This document shows, one piece after another, positions 12,343-23,291 of a stretch of DNA of 60,477 bases; position 1 is the stretch's first letter, and each line of letters starts with the position of its first letter. This stretch comes from Hemiscyllium ocellatum. Its lineage: Eukaryota. The stretch covers positions 62,001-122,477 of the forward strand of contig NW_026867716.1 in assembly GCF_020745735.1 (NCBI RefSeq), read 5' to 3'. The notes under the pieces were generated by a model that did not search any database, was not told the origin of the DNA, and saw only the letters and a list, made by a program, of their open reading frames with translations. The translations under genes and the position numbers were made by a program.

Positions 12343-12380
12343 CGGATGTAACCTATGCAGCTGTGGTGAAGACTCATTAG
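12343..12380 (+). CDS. Terminal exon T3 with canonical ITIM (TDVTYAAVVKTH*)
   Basis: Acceptor ctctgatttctgtctctttctag, phase 1, V-T-Y-A-A-V fits the ITIM consensus (I/V/L/S)xYxx(L/V), stop TAG at 12378-12380. Confidence 0.85.
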
Positions 12381-12598
12381 GAGCGAATAAGAACTGAACC
12401 TGTGTAACTGAGGTTGCATTGTTTCTCAGATCAAATTCAAGGAATGTCATGGAACTTACCAGCTCAGAAACTTGGCATTATTATTCTTCAAAAGTGTTTT
12501 TTAATTTTAAAAAAAAAATTGTACCTTTTTTTCTTAGTGTATTTTTAAGTGTTTATGGGATACTGCACACTTTTGAAAGCAAGTAACCTGACACTCAT

Positions 12599-13696
12599 TG
12601 TAAGTGTTGTTTACACAGCTGCTGGGTCAGACAGCAGCAGAAGAAGGTGCAGACGAACTGGAGACATGGACAAGTGGCGATTCAGCCAGAAACAACTATG
12701 TGATTGGTTCCCAGATAATTGAACAATTTGTGGATATGAACATGACAGGGAGAAGCCATCCGACCTCCACTTTCTGAGGAACTGTTCATCATCTGTAGCA
12801 CAGTGGCACAGTAGGCGGCACGGTGGCACAGTGGTTAGCACTGCTGCCTCACAGCGCCAGAGACTCGGGTTCAATTCCCGACTCAGGCGACAGACTGTGT
12901 GGAGTTTGCACGTTCTCCCCGTGTCTGCGTGGGTTTCCTTCGGGTACTCCGGTTTCCTCCCACAGTCCAAAAGATGTGCGGGTCAGGTGAATTGGCCATG
13001 CTAAATTGCCCGTAGTGTTAGATAAGGGGTAAATGTAGGGGAATGGGTGGGTTGCGCTTCGGCGGGTCGGTGTGGACTTGTTGGGCCGAAGGGCCTGTTT
13101 CCACACTGTAAGTAATCTAATCTAATCTAATCAGCTCTGTTCCCGGCAGGAAAAGCTACTTTAAATCTGAGGATAACCAGCTGATTGTCTTTTCCTTCAG
13201 CAGTTGCAGTAAGTTCTGACCTTTAATGAGTAAGTCAGACCTTTTATAAGCCACACACTGTATCTCTAGTAAACCAGTGACAGCATCTGGAGAAGCAGCA
13301 TTCTGATCAGCACAAGAATCATCTCAGCGGATCCTGCAAACAGGGATTGGCGAAACTGTTTTCTGTGTGTTCCTTCCACTTTAGTTTCTGTCTGTGTGTC
13401 TGTGTCTGTGTGTGCACACACACGCGTGTGTGTGTGTGCACGCGCGTGTGTGTGTTTCTGTGTGTGTACAATATGTGCTTGCTTTTAAGGGGACTTGGTT
13501 CATGAGCATCTTAGAGTTTTAACTCATGTTGTTATAGCTCAATGGTCCATCATTTTTCTGTGGAATTAGAGTCTATTTATGTGTGATAAATAGTAATCCT
13601 TGTGAAATCCAGAAACCTAGTCTGTGCCTTCTGTCATCTTTAGTCTAAAACTCAGGAGAATGTTATGGACTTCTATAAAAACTAACTTTTGTGACA
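12599..13696 (+). mobile_element. Probable solo LTR downstream of the ITIM gene stop codon (contains nested SINE and GT microsatellite)
   Basis: TG...CA termini (tgtaag...gtgaca); flanks actcat / actcag (5 of 6 match, TSD-like); internal (GT)n at about 13388-13467. Confidence 0.6.
12814..13132 (+). mobile_element. Young full-length HE1-like SINE nested in the LTR
   Basis: ggcggcacggtggcacagtggttagc...gggttcaattcccg head, CpG-rich, tail gtaagtaatctaatctaatctaatc. Confidence 0.95.
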
Positions 13697-13759
13697 ACTC
13701 AGGGAATAATGCAACTTGATTTTAAACATGCTACCTCAGTGAGGCAGAACAGTATCCAT

Positions 13760-14168
13760 CCATATGTAATAGACCTCACTTGGAATATTGTGTCCAGTTC
13801 TGGTCGCCCTGCTATAGTAAAGATACAGAGAGTTGGGAGAGGGTGCAAAGGAGGTTTACCAGGATGCTGCCTGGACTGGAGAGCTGGCCTTATGAAGAAA
13901 GATTGAATAAATTCGGACTTTTCTCTCTGGAGAGGAGGAAGAAGATGAGACCTGATCAAGGTGTACAGAATAATGAGAGGAATAGATAGAGGCAATAGCC
14001 AGAGAATTTTCCCCTGGGCAGGATTGACTGGTACGAGGGGTCATAGTTTGAAGATATTAGGAGGAAGGTATAAAGGAGACGTCAGAGGCAGGTTCTTTAT
14101 GCAGAGAGTTGTGAATGTATGGAATGCATTGCCAGCTGTGATGGTGGAAGCAGAGTCATTGGGGACTT
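13760..14168 (+). mobile_element. CR1/HER1 LINE 3' fragment
   Basis: [33 protein letters not shown]; TRGHSLKILGGRYKGDVRGRFFMQRVVNVWNALP. Confidence 0.9.
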
Positions 14169-14169
14169 G

Positions 14170-17100
14170 CCTTAAAGGGTCAGTTTCAAGTACCCTACCA
14201 CACAGAGTGCACAACAGGGGGGTAACCACAGGATGTCTACACTGGTCTAAACTACTTAACTGAACAAAGAATTCTCAAGTGCTTGTATTAATAGGTGAGC
14301 TTAAATATTTTACAAATAAAAACAAACAAACTATCCCAACCACTGAAAGCGGCAATGAATTGATAAGTGCATCCTGGATTATTTGATGTGATGAAATAGC
14401 TCTTGCTTGTGGTCCGTGGTTACCCTGGGGAGAGATCTGTTGTTATCCTTGTTTAATAGCTGAACTGTTTTGACACAATACAATGGATATGCTCAGGATG
14501 TAGATGACCTCCCCCTCCTCCACTTTTTTTTTAAACAAAAACAGAACATGGTAATGTGAATCCCAGGTGGAATGTTAGATTGGGGTTAGAGGCCTATTAG
14601 GCTCCAACCTTGGTTTCTAGCGGTAGAGGTTAGGACTGTTTAAATGACCTGACCATGATGTGGTTAGGAGAAAAACAAAATCTGAGACAAGGTGGTCATG
14701 AAGACCAATGTTTCAAAGACGAGTGAATGTGTCGGGGCTTGCAAGAGATCAATCATTGAAATATAAACGAAAGTGAAGCTGGCCTGACTGACAGAGACCA
14801 GTTTAAATGTGGGTCATAGAGATGAAGGTGAGGGTACCATGAAGAATCTGACTTGGAGATTCTATCCAATGAGCAGAAAATTGAAGAATTATAACTTGGT
14901 TAAATTCCTCAGCGTGCAGAGGAATAAAGCTGGAAGAGGTGTGAGCTGCATGAGAGTTTTGATCACCAGAAACAGTTGCACCTTCCCTTGAGTGGCTATC
15001 AGGAGTTGTTTCATCACTTGGATCATTGAATCAGTGCATTTGTCAAAGAGACACCAAACAGAGAGTCTGAATCCTCTGTCTCTGGGGTGTCTGTATCAAA
15101 TCCTCCCTGTTCTCCTGTTGGTGTGCTATCCGTCCCCCTATTGGAGAAAGATGGAATTGCCACCTGGAAGTTTGCATTAGTTTTGTTTAATCTGTAATTC
15201 TCTGGGTTCCCAGACATGGGCCTTGCCATGCCCCCTATTGGAGACATCTGGAATTACCGTCTGGGAGTCTGAGCTCGCCTGCTCTGGGTGTCCCTGTTGG
15301 TATACTGTCACTCCCCCTTTTGGAGTCATCAGGAACTGCTGCCTGACAGTCTGAGTGAGTCTGTTCTGAGTGAGTCTTCTGTCCATGGTGTGGGGATACC
15401 GTTAAGTATCTGAGTTGGGTGGTATCTCCTCACCATGAGGACAAATGGAAGCACTGTCTCCTAGGTTTTGTTATTCTGTTGCACATTCAGTCTGCGGTTC
15501 ATTCTGCCTGTGATCCCACTGGATTGGGGGTGGTAAGTGATGTGGAATTCCTGTTTGATACCAAACATGGTCATCACATTTTGCATTACTTGGCTGGTGA
15601 AATGGGGTTCCCTGATCTGACTCGATACTGCAGGGTAAACCCCACCTCGTGAACACCTGTTGTGTGAGGATCTGGCCTGTTGTTCTCACTGTGTTTGCCC
15701 CAATGGGAAATGCATCGATCCGTTTTGTAAAAGTGTCGATGATGTCATGGATGTAGGTGTATCTGTTTTCACATGGAGGCAGGGCACCTATAGAGTCAAC
15801 TTGGAGGTTTGTCCAGGGCCCTTCCACTGGACGTGTGTGCCAACACAGTTCTTCAAGTGTTCTGTCACAGCCTCGATTCCCTGGTGCCCATGCCATCATG
15901 GAATTAGTAAATAATGTGGTTCCTGTCCTGAGTCAGGACTACATATACTCCTGCCTTTTCGACTAACCCATCATGTACTTGCAGGGAATCTTTCCACATA
16001 GCTTAGGCATCTGGATAAATCCCTGCCACAATCTGTTTTAACGGGTCATCACGATGTTGCTCTTGTCGAAGGTCTTCTACGTTAGTCTGACTTACAGTAA
16101 CTGCATTGGCCTGCTCACCTATAGGTAACTGCCACAATTTTCCAACATGAGCAACATTTTATGGAGAATTCACCTGCTCTGTAGTTACCTTCTGGGATGT
16201 CTTGTGGTGGTGTTTAACTTTAATTATACTGTATTGCCTTCCACGGGCAGACTGCAGTCCATACTGTAATAAAGGAGGCTGTTGGTAGTGATTTCCCATT
16301 GGGAGAAATTAAACCTTTGCTTCCCAGAGTGGTAAGAATTCAGTGAGGTTGTTGCACACACACATACTGTTGGAAAATATATCTGTGGGTGGAGGAACAG
16401 GTTGGAGTGGCTAACTACATAAGCCACAGCTGTTAGTTCCACAGCCTGGGCACTGAGTTGGCTAATTGAAACAATAGCTGTCCCTGAGTGTTGGTCATGT
16501 GTATCCCACAGCCGGTGATCCACATGCCATCCTGTCCAGTGGAGGCTCCACCTACATAAATTCCGATGGCTGTGTCTGCTTGGTTATTCTCTTGTCTCAT
16601 CCCTAACCGTTTTCCCAGCTGTTTGGGTCAGAAAAGTGCCAGTGGGGTGTTTTGTGGCTATGATTTGGCAGTCATGTGGGTCTCCTCCATAATTCAGGCC
16701 ATCAGCTAGGAAGCTAGGCACCTTGGTACGTTTGACCGTGATGTCCCGACTCTGAAGCAGTGGAGTTCATTGTGTGGCTCGAATCTGTCTCACTGAGCCA
16801 TCTTTGATTGGGCTGTCCAGCAGGAGCTGGTTTGGTGTATGTTCAGTCAGTATGGTCAGTGGGTTTAAACCAATAATGTAGTCAAAGTATTGGCCTGCCC
16901 AAAAGACTGTGTGGTGGTGCCATTCCCACATGGAAAGCCCTTGCTCCACGGGCTGTAGGACCCTGGAGACATAAGCCCCTGGCCCTTGCCTACCGTGTCA
17001 CTCTTGCAGTGGAACAGCAGCTATCGTCTGGTCTGTGGCTGCAGCTTCGAGGGCGTATGGTAAATCAGGGTTGGGAACTAGTCAGGCAGGAGCTGTTGTG

Positions 17101-17925
17101 AGGGCGTGTTGTAACTCAGTTACTCCTCTGTGTGTTGAGGTGTCCAATTCCAGGCAGCGTCCTTTATCAGTAACTCTGAGACTGGGGCTGCTTTGATGGT
17201 GAACCCATCAATGTGGTTTCTGCACTATCCCACTAACCCAAGGAAGGATCAAAGTGCACGACCATCTCGGGGGAGTGGGAGTCGTTCTATGGTCTCTAAT
17301 CGCTTTTAGTCTATTTCCCTTTTCCTGTGGGTGATTATCATTCACAAGGATGTGACCCTAGGCTGTAGAATTTGTGTCTTTTTCAGATTAATTTTGCAAT
17401 CCTAGCCTGTGTAACAGATCGAGTAATTCACCTCGGAGCTGAATGTGCTCCTCCTTTGTTTCTGTTTACACAAGTCGGTCGTGTACATATTGTATGAGGC
17501 AAAAGTGAGGCCTGCAGATGCTGGAAACTAGAGTTTAGATCAGAGTGGTGCTGGAAAAGCACAGCAGGTCAGGCAGCATCTGAGGAGTAGGAAAATCGAC
17601 AATTTGGGCAAAAGCCCTTCATCAGGAATATCTCAGCCAGTAGCCTCCTCCAAATAAGGGTACTGGGCACCTCCATGTCGATTGAATTACTCCCTGCTCC
17701 CAATTGTCCCGAGGGTGACATTCCATTGTCCCATTCAAGTCCAGCTTCAGGTGTGTATTGCAGGGTCTGTAGCTGTCAGGTTTGTTTGTAAACCGTCTGT
17801 GAGCAGCTGTAGCCTGTCTGGATCCTGCAGCGTGTGGATTAGCACAGTCACTTTAGTCAAGGCTGGGTTTGATTTCCCAGCATGCTTTAATCATTGTCCA
17901 TCTTTTGCAACGCCATGCTAAGTTT
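14170..17925 (-). mobile_element. Decayed LTR-retroelement / endogenous retrovirus-like internal region: gag remnant, RT, tether, RNase H, integrase
   Basis: RT QYVHD (decayed YVDD) at about 17482-17496; tether with FWAGQYFDYIIGLNPLTILTEHTP (16767-16949); second RNase H IYVGGAS...SAQAVELTAVAYVV (about 16224-16564); integrase GPWTNLQVDSIGALP...DTFTKRIDAFP...FTRWGLPCSIESDQGTPF (15471-15899); many stops and frameshifts. Confidence 0.85.
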
Positions 17926-17929
17926 GTTA

Positions 17930-18982
17930 TTTACACCATTTATCGCACCCCTCTTTGTTCTTCCTATCATGATGTGTCACTTCACTCTTCCCAGTGTTAA
18001 CTTTCATTTGGCTGGCCATTTCACCAGCCTATATGCCCCAGAGCCTGTCAGCACTTTCCTCACTCTTCACTGGGTTTTTGAATTTTGTTTCATCTGCAAA
18101 CATTGGAGTTTGTCCTGTATCCCTGAGTGCAGATCATTCACAAAGATCAAGAAGAGAATTATATCACCAGTGCTGCACACTTCCCTCCCGTCTGAAATAA
18201 AACCACAGACCACAGCGCTCTGCTTCCTGGCCCAAAGCCAATTCCCAAACCACACAGCCAGTAACTTTGAACCTCATCTGCTTCAATTTAAAGAAGATAT
18301 GTACATCGTACTTCACAGCAGGGGCAAGCCCTATGGCCCATCGAGTTTTATCCACAATTCATTAAGACCATAACTGATCTGGTTCTGGCTCAGTTCTGCT
18401 CTCCTCCCTTGTCCCCACTACTCTCGATAAGGCCAAAGGCTGGTAGTCAGACAGCATGTGTTAGCACCGAGGCTACAGGGATGAGAGGGATTGGTGGGAG
18501 GGGATGGAGTCATTTGTTGACACAAATAGTGAATGAGTTTCATCCTTTGTGTTTTGAATCCACCCAGGATCACAGCTCTCTCCATGATGTCCATCACTCC
18601 TCAGGCAGCTGCTCTCACCACACCCTGAGACCCACACAGTGCTATGTGCCATCGTATACACACTCTTGACCTCTCTCTCCATCAGCATCCGTTCACACTG
18701 TCTCAAAGCTGTCCACAGCCCCAGGTTCGACATCATTCTCTGGCTCGTTCAACAGATAACATGAAACTTTTTCTCTTCCTTTCAGGCAATAACACAAGCT
18801 GCAACAATTCAGAGTTACCCCCACCCCTCTGGAACCTTCCTCCACCCACTGTCCCACTTGTCTCTCCCCATTGTCCTACCTCCACCTCTTGTTGGACATT
18901 TACTATCCCTTCTCCGATGCTGAATGTTCTGTACTCAGCAAAGGTCTCAGTTTTAATCACTTTGCACTCCCACCTCACCAGA
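17930..18982 (-). repeat. Right arm of inverted duplication (partner 2555-3557)
   Basis: Reverse-complement alignment to 2555-3557; carries about 50 extra bp near 18765-18815; abuts and truncates the ERV gag remnant. Confidence 0.9.
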
Positions 18983-19939
18983 GCTCCATCTTCTTCAATA
19001 ACCTGCGATCGAGACAAGGTGGGTCAGTCACAGAAACCCGTCAAATAACAGTCAGGGAGCTGCAGGGACAGTGAAACGACACGGGGACACACCCAGAGAG
19101 TGATACCCTTCTCAAGGCTCATCATCTGAGTCGAATCCTGCAAAGCTAACTCCGTGTCTCTCTCCACAGATGCTGTTAGAGCTGCTGAGTTTCTCCAGCT
19201 TTGTCTGATTTTATTTTTTGATTTCCAGCATCCACAGGATGTGGTTTCTGGATTACTCAAACGACAGATGTTCTCTTCAGGTTTTTTGTCTCTTACTCAT
19301 CCGTGCACAATCATGAGAAATGCCACCCCACAATCACTTCGCCAGCCTGGCTGCTGTGAGGAAGGGGGCAGAGTTGGTCAGGCGGTGGTGCCTGGACACA
19401 CTGACCATTTCCTGCAGAGTGTCAGCTGTATCTCACCCAAGTGTAAACCAACAACATCCCCGGGGTAAAAGCTGAAGGAACTACAAACCCTGGAAATCCG
19501 AAACAAAAACAAATAGTTGGAAAAGCTCTGGCAGCATCTGTGGAGAGAAATCAGAGTGAAGGATTCAGGTCCAGTCAGGCCTTGCTCTGTGGTGGAATTG
19601 GCAGCACCGTCAGGCTTGTTCAGTCAGAGCAATGCACAGACTCCTTCCCACTGTGGGACCACTGAACTGATGCTTTGACCAAGCTGAAATTCCCGAGGTT
19701 AGGCAGTGAATGTGGAATCTCCATCTCCAAATCCAGAATGTGGCGCAATACTCCCCACTCCCACCTCACCGAAGTTCAGACACGACATGATGTGGGATAC
19801 GAAGCACAAACAAATCAGCCAAGATCTTCCTGAATGTTGGAGCAGGCTTGAGGGGCTGAATGGTTTACCCCTGCCCCAATTTCTTCTGGTCATGTGTTTC
19901 ATTCGGGGTAGGACCACACAGACTATCCAAAACATTCAT

Positions 19940-20690
19940 GAGAAATGTGATTGGAGCAGGGAGGATATTGGAAGGTAGGAGAGAGTTGAGGTGAGGCAGG
20001 AGCAAATATTAGAGGGTGCAGGGAATGAGAAGATGGTGAGAACAGATTCAGTAGTTTTCATATCCTTGCGAGGCACGTGGGTCTCACAGGCAAGGCCAGC
20101 GTTTGTTGCCCATCCCTGAACACCCTTGAAGTGAGAGGCTTGCTTGGCCATTTCAGAGGGCAGCAGGTCAGAGTCAGACACATTGCATTCAATCGCTCCA
20201 AAAAGGACACACTGAGGTTTGAAATGAGGATTTGAAGTCACCTGTTGTGCCGATAGGGTAAAGGTGGTAGATTTGCTTCCCTGAAGGACATTAATGAAAC
20301 AGGTTCTATCTTTAAACAACAATCGATGTTAATTCAGATGGTCACCATCACAGAGATGAGTTTATGCTTCCAGATTTAATAATTAAAAGTAAATTCTACA
20401 AGTTGCCATGGTGAAAATTGAACCCCTCTCCCCCGAGCATGAACCCGACCCTCAGGTTCCCCACTGGGAGTCATTTGAGATGTGTGACACCCAACTGGAC
20501 TGTTTTCCTTGACCCATACCAAAGCAGCAGACAGACTGGCCGTGAACAGCTCGAGGCAGCAAGGACCGGGCTGAGCCAATTACTCAGCCAGATGATTCAG
20601 GGAATCGGAAATGGTTATTGTCCAAGAATCCATCCAGGGTCAGGGACTGAGGAGATTTCCATCTCCATCGCTCAGATAATAATTTAAAGA
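19940..20690 (+). repeat. Diverged direct segmental duplicate (partner about 24905-25660)
   Basis: Collinear blocks such as gagtcagacacattgcattcaatc, gggagtcatttg(a/g)gatgtgtgac, aaatggttattgt(c/t)caagaatccatc and gctcagataataat in both copies. Confidence 0.85.
20535..20650 (+). pseudogene. Candidate terminal exon, frameshifted copy (TGREQLEAARTG+17nt+PDDSGNRKWLLSKNPSRVRD*)
   Basis: Homologous to 25517-25615; same stop position; 17-nt insertion ctgagccaattactcag breaks the frame. Confidence 0.35.
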
Positions 20691-21066
20691 GCCTGGTCAG
20701 CTCCCTTCATGGAAACCCATTGGTTGTGGGATCGCTTAGGTCCGTCTACCACTTGCTGCTTGTACTGTTTGGTACACAAGTACACCTGTATGGTCACTTC
20801 TCCAGACGAACACCTCAGTTTTAGGTGTGGCTGTTGCTGCTTGTGACATGCCCTCCTATACTCTCCAGTGAACCTGAAGTAATCCCCTGGCTAAATGGTA
20901 ATGGCTGAGTGAGGGAGATGCCGGACTATGAGGTTACAGGTGTGCTGGAGTACAATGTTGCTGCTGCTGATGGCCCACAGTGTCTCATGGATGTGCAGGC
21001 AGGAGTTGCTAGATCTGTTTAAAACCTGTCGCATTTAGCATGGTGATAGAGTCACACAACATGTAG

Positions 21067-21349
21067 NNNNNNNNNNNNNNNNNNNNNNNNNNNNNNNNNN
21101 NNNNNNNNNNNNNNNNNNNNNNNNNNNNNNNNNNNNNNNNNNNNNNNNNNNNNNNNNNNNNNNNNNNNNNNNNNNNNNNNNNNNNNNNNNNNNNNNNNNN
21201 NNNNNNNNNNNNNNNNNNNNNNNNNNNNNNNNNNNNNNNNNNNNNNNNNNNNNNNNNNNNNNNNNNNNNNNNNNNNNNNNNNNNNNNNNNNNNNNNNNNN
21301 NNNNNNNNNNNNNNNNNNNNNNNNNNNNNNNNNNNNNNNNNNNNNNNNN
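21067..21349. other. Assembly gap (283 N) next to a CA/GT microsatellite
   Basis: Run of n in the sequence. Confidence 1.
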
Positions 21350-22710
21350 ACGCACGAACCCACATGCAGACACACACACAGACACACACACACAAACTAA
21401 GCTCTGGTCTTTGGGGAGGGGGAAACCACTTGAAACAGTTTCAATGGTCCTCTGTTCACAAGACCTGCTGAGATGATCCTTGTGCTGATCAGAATGCTGA
21501 TCGTTGTTCTTCCTTCTCCAGGTCAGCACCTGGAATAATTTGTTTTGAAAGTCTGTAATAAACAGAAATCAGAGCAGCTCAGAATTATAATTTCAGTTTG
21601 AGGGGAATTACCTGAAAGGGGAACATTTACCTCAACAATTGTACATTTATTTTATTAATTGATAGGATGGGTGTATCACGGGCCAGGCCAGCACTTATTG
21701 CCCATCCATAGTTGCCCAGAGAGCAACCAAAACCTAACCATACCGCGGTGGGTCTGGAGTTACATGTTGGCAGAAGTGGGTACTGCAGATGTTGGAGATT
21801 AGAGTCAAGATGAGAGTGGTGCTGGAAAAGCACAGCAGGTCAGGCAGCATCTGAAAAGCAGGCAAAAGCCTTTCATCAGGAACTCATCAGGAATCACATG
21901 GAGGCCGGTCCCTGTAAGGATGGCATTTACTGTCCATAAGGACATTACTGACCCAGACGGGTATTTCCTGACAAGTGGTAATGAGTTTGTAGTCACTATT
22001 AGACTCTTAATTCCAGATTGTTTTGTATATAAATTCCACCATTCCCTGTGGAATGATTCAATTCTAGTTCCCCAGAACATTACCTGGTTCTCTGGATTAA
22101 CCATCCAGCCAATTTGCCATGATGCCCTCACATCCTCTTTTCCCTCATTCTCTTCCTGACCGGGATAAACATACTGGGAGAGACAAACTGTTGACCGACG
22201 GTCAAGTACCATCTAATAGGATAGGGGAGAATCTGTTTGCCTTCTGATTGGTGCAGAAAACCAACACCCCAATGAAGATGGGCAGGTTGGCAGACCAATG
22301 CTAGAGCACTGGGATGAGGAGGTGGGGCTTGGAAGTCATGGGATCAACCCCCAGTGATCTGACTGAACAGCATTAGAGATGCCAGGAACAAGGAACTATA
22401 TCACACAGCCCCAACTGGTTCTATCCAATACATGGGAGAGTGGGATCCTGGAGCCTGGGAGCAGGTGGAGTGTCAGAGAAAAAGGGAGAGGAAATTAGAA
22501 CTGGTGTTGAAATGAAAGACTGATTCACTCACGTCTGAATAAGCAACTCAGAGAGTCTTGCTGTTTGAACTGAAGGAGAATTGTTGTTATTGAGGAGGAT
22601 TACTTTTAAACATTTAGATTCATCACAAAATGGAATAGTATATAAAATATGCTGAAGAACAATTATCGTCACTTACCATTTTCTGCTCCTGTGCCTTCCC
22701 TTTCCAGCCT
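21350..22710 (-). pseudogene. Inverted paralog of the ITIM-tail locus (T1'-T2'-intron-T3' acceptor) lacking the ITIM exon
   Basis: 32-nt exon 22677-22708 (acag|gctgg...aaaatg|gtaagt); T2-like segment about 22533-22565 (gcaagactctctgagttgcttattcagac|gtgagt; in-frame TGA in the T2 frame); intron homologous to 11821-12342 (caccaatcagaa.gcaaacag; gagaatgaggg); acceptor ctctgatttctgtttattacag at 21553 is followed by sequence matching the LTR near 13235-13400 instead of VTYAAV. Confidence 0.8.
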
Positions 22711-22734
22711 GTTCAGTGTGAGGAGAAATACAGT

Positions 22735-22984
22735 TACCCCAACATCCTTCCCTTCAGTATGAGGGTAATTACTATGAGAGGAGCATTTACCCCAACATCC
22801 TTCCCTTCGGTGTGAGAGTAATTACTGGGAGGAGAGCATTTGCTCCAACATCCTTCCCTGCAGTGTGGTGGTGATTACTGTGAGGGGAGTATTTACCCCA
22901 ACGTCCTTCCCTTCAGTGTGAGGGTAATTACTCTGAGGGGAGCATTTACCCCATCATCAACCCCTTTCACTCTGAGGGTAATTA
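22735..22984 (+). repeat. 53-bp minisatellite x about 4.7
   Basis: Unit ccccaacatccttcccttcagt(a/g)tgagggtaattact(a/g/c)tgagaggagcattta. Confidence 0.9.
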
Positions 22985-23291
22985 TAGAAAAGAGGAACAT
23001 TAAATGCAATGTTCTGGGACAAAATTAACTGGTACTTAGGGTCACAGAGTCATACAGCACAGAAACAGACCCTTTAGCCTAACATGGAGAAAGTGAGGAC
23101 TGCAGATGCTGGAGATCAGAGCTAAATAATGTGTTGCTGCGCTTTTCCAGCAACACATTTTTCAGCTTGAGCCTAACATGTCCATTCCAGTAAGTTTTCC
23201 CCAACTGAACCAGTCCCATTTTCCTGTGTTTGACCCATATCTCTCTCACCCTCTCCGAACCATGTACCGGTCCAAAATGTCTTTTAATTTG

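Noticed and set aside
12814-12890. tRNA-like sequence (also near 150-216 and 4500-4570)
   Set aside because: SINE heads with A/B boxes continuing into SINE body; not tRNA genes.
21009-21529. ORFs spanning X runs
   Set aside because: Artefacts of the N gap and CA/GT microsatellite.
22735-22984. Regular repeats resembling a CRISPR array
   Set aside because: Units are contiguous with no unique spacers, in a eukaryotic context; it is a minisatellite.
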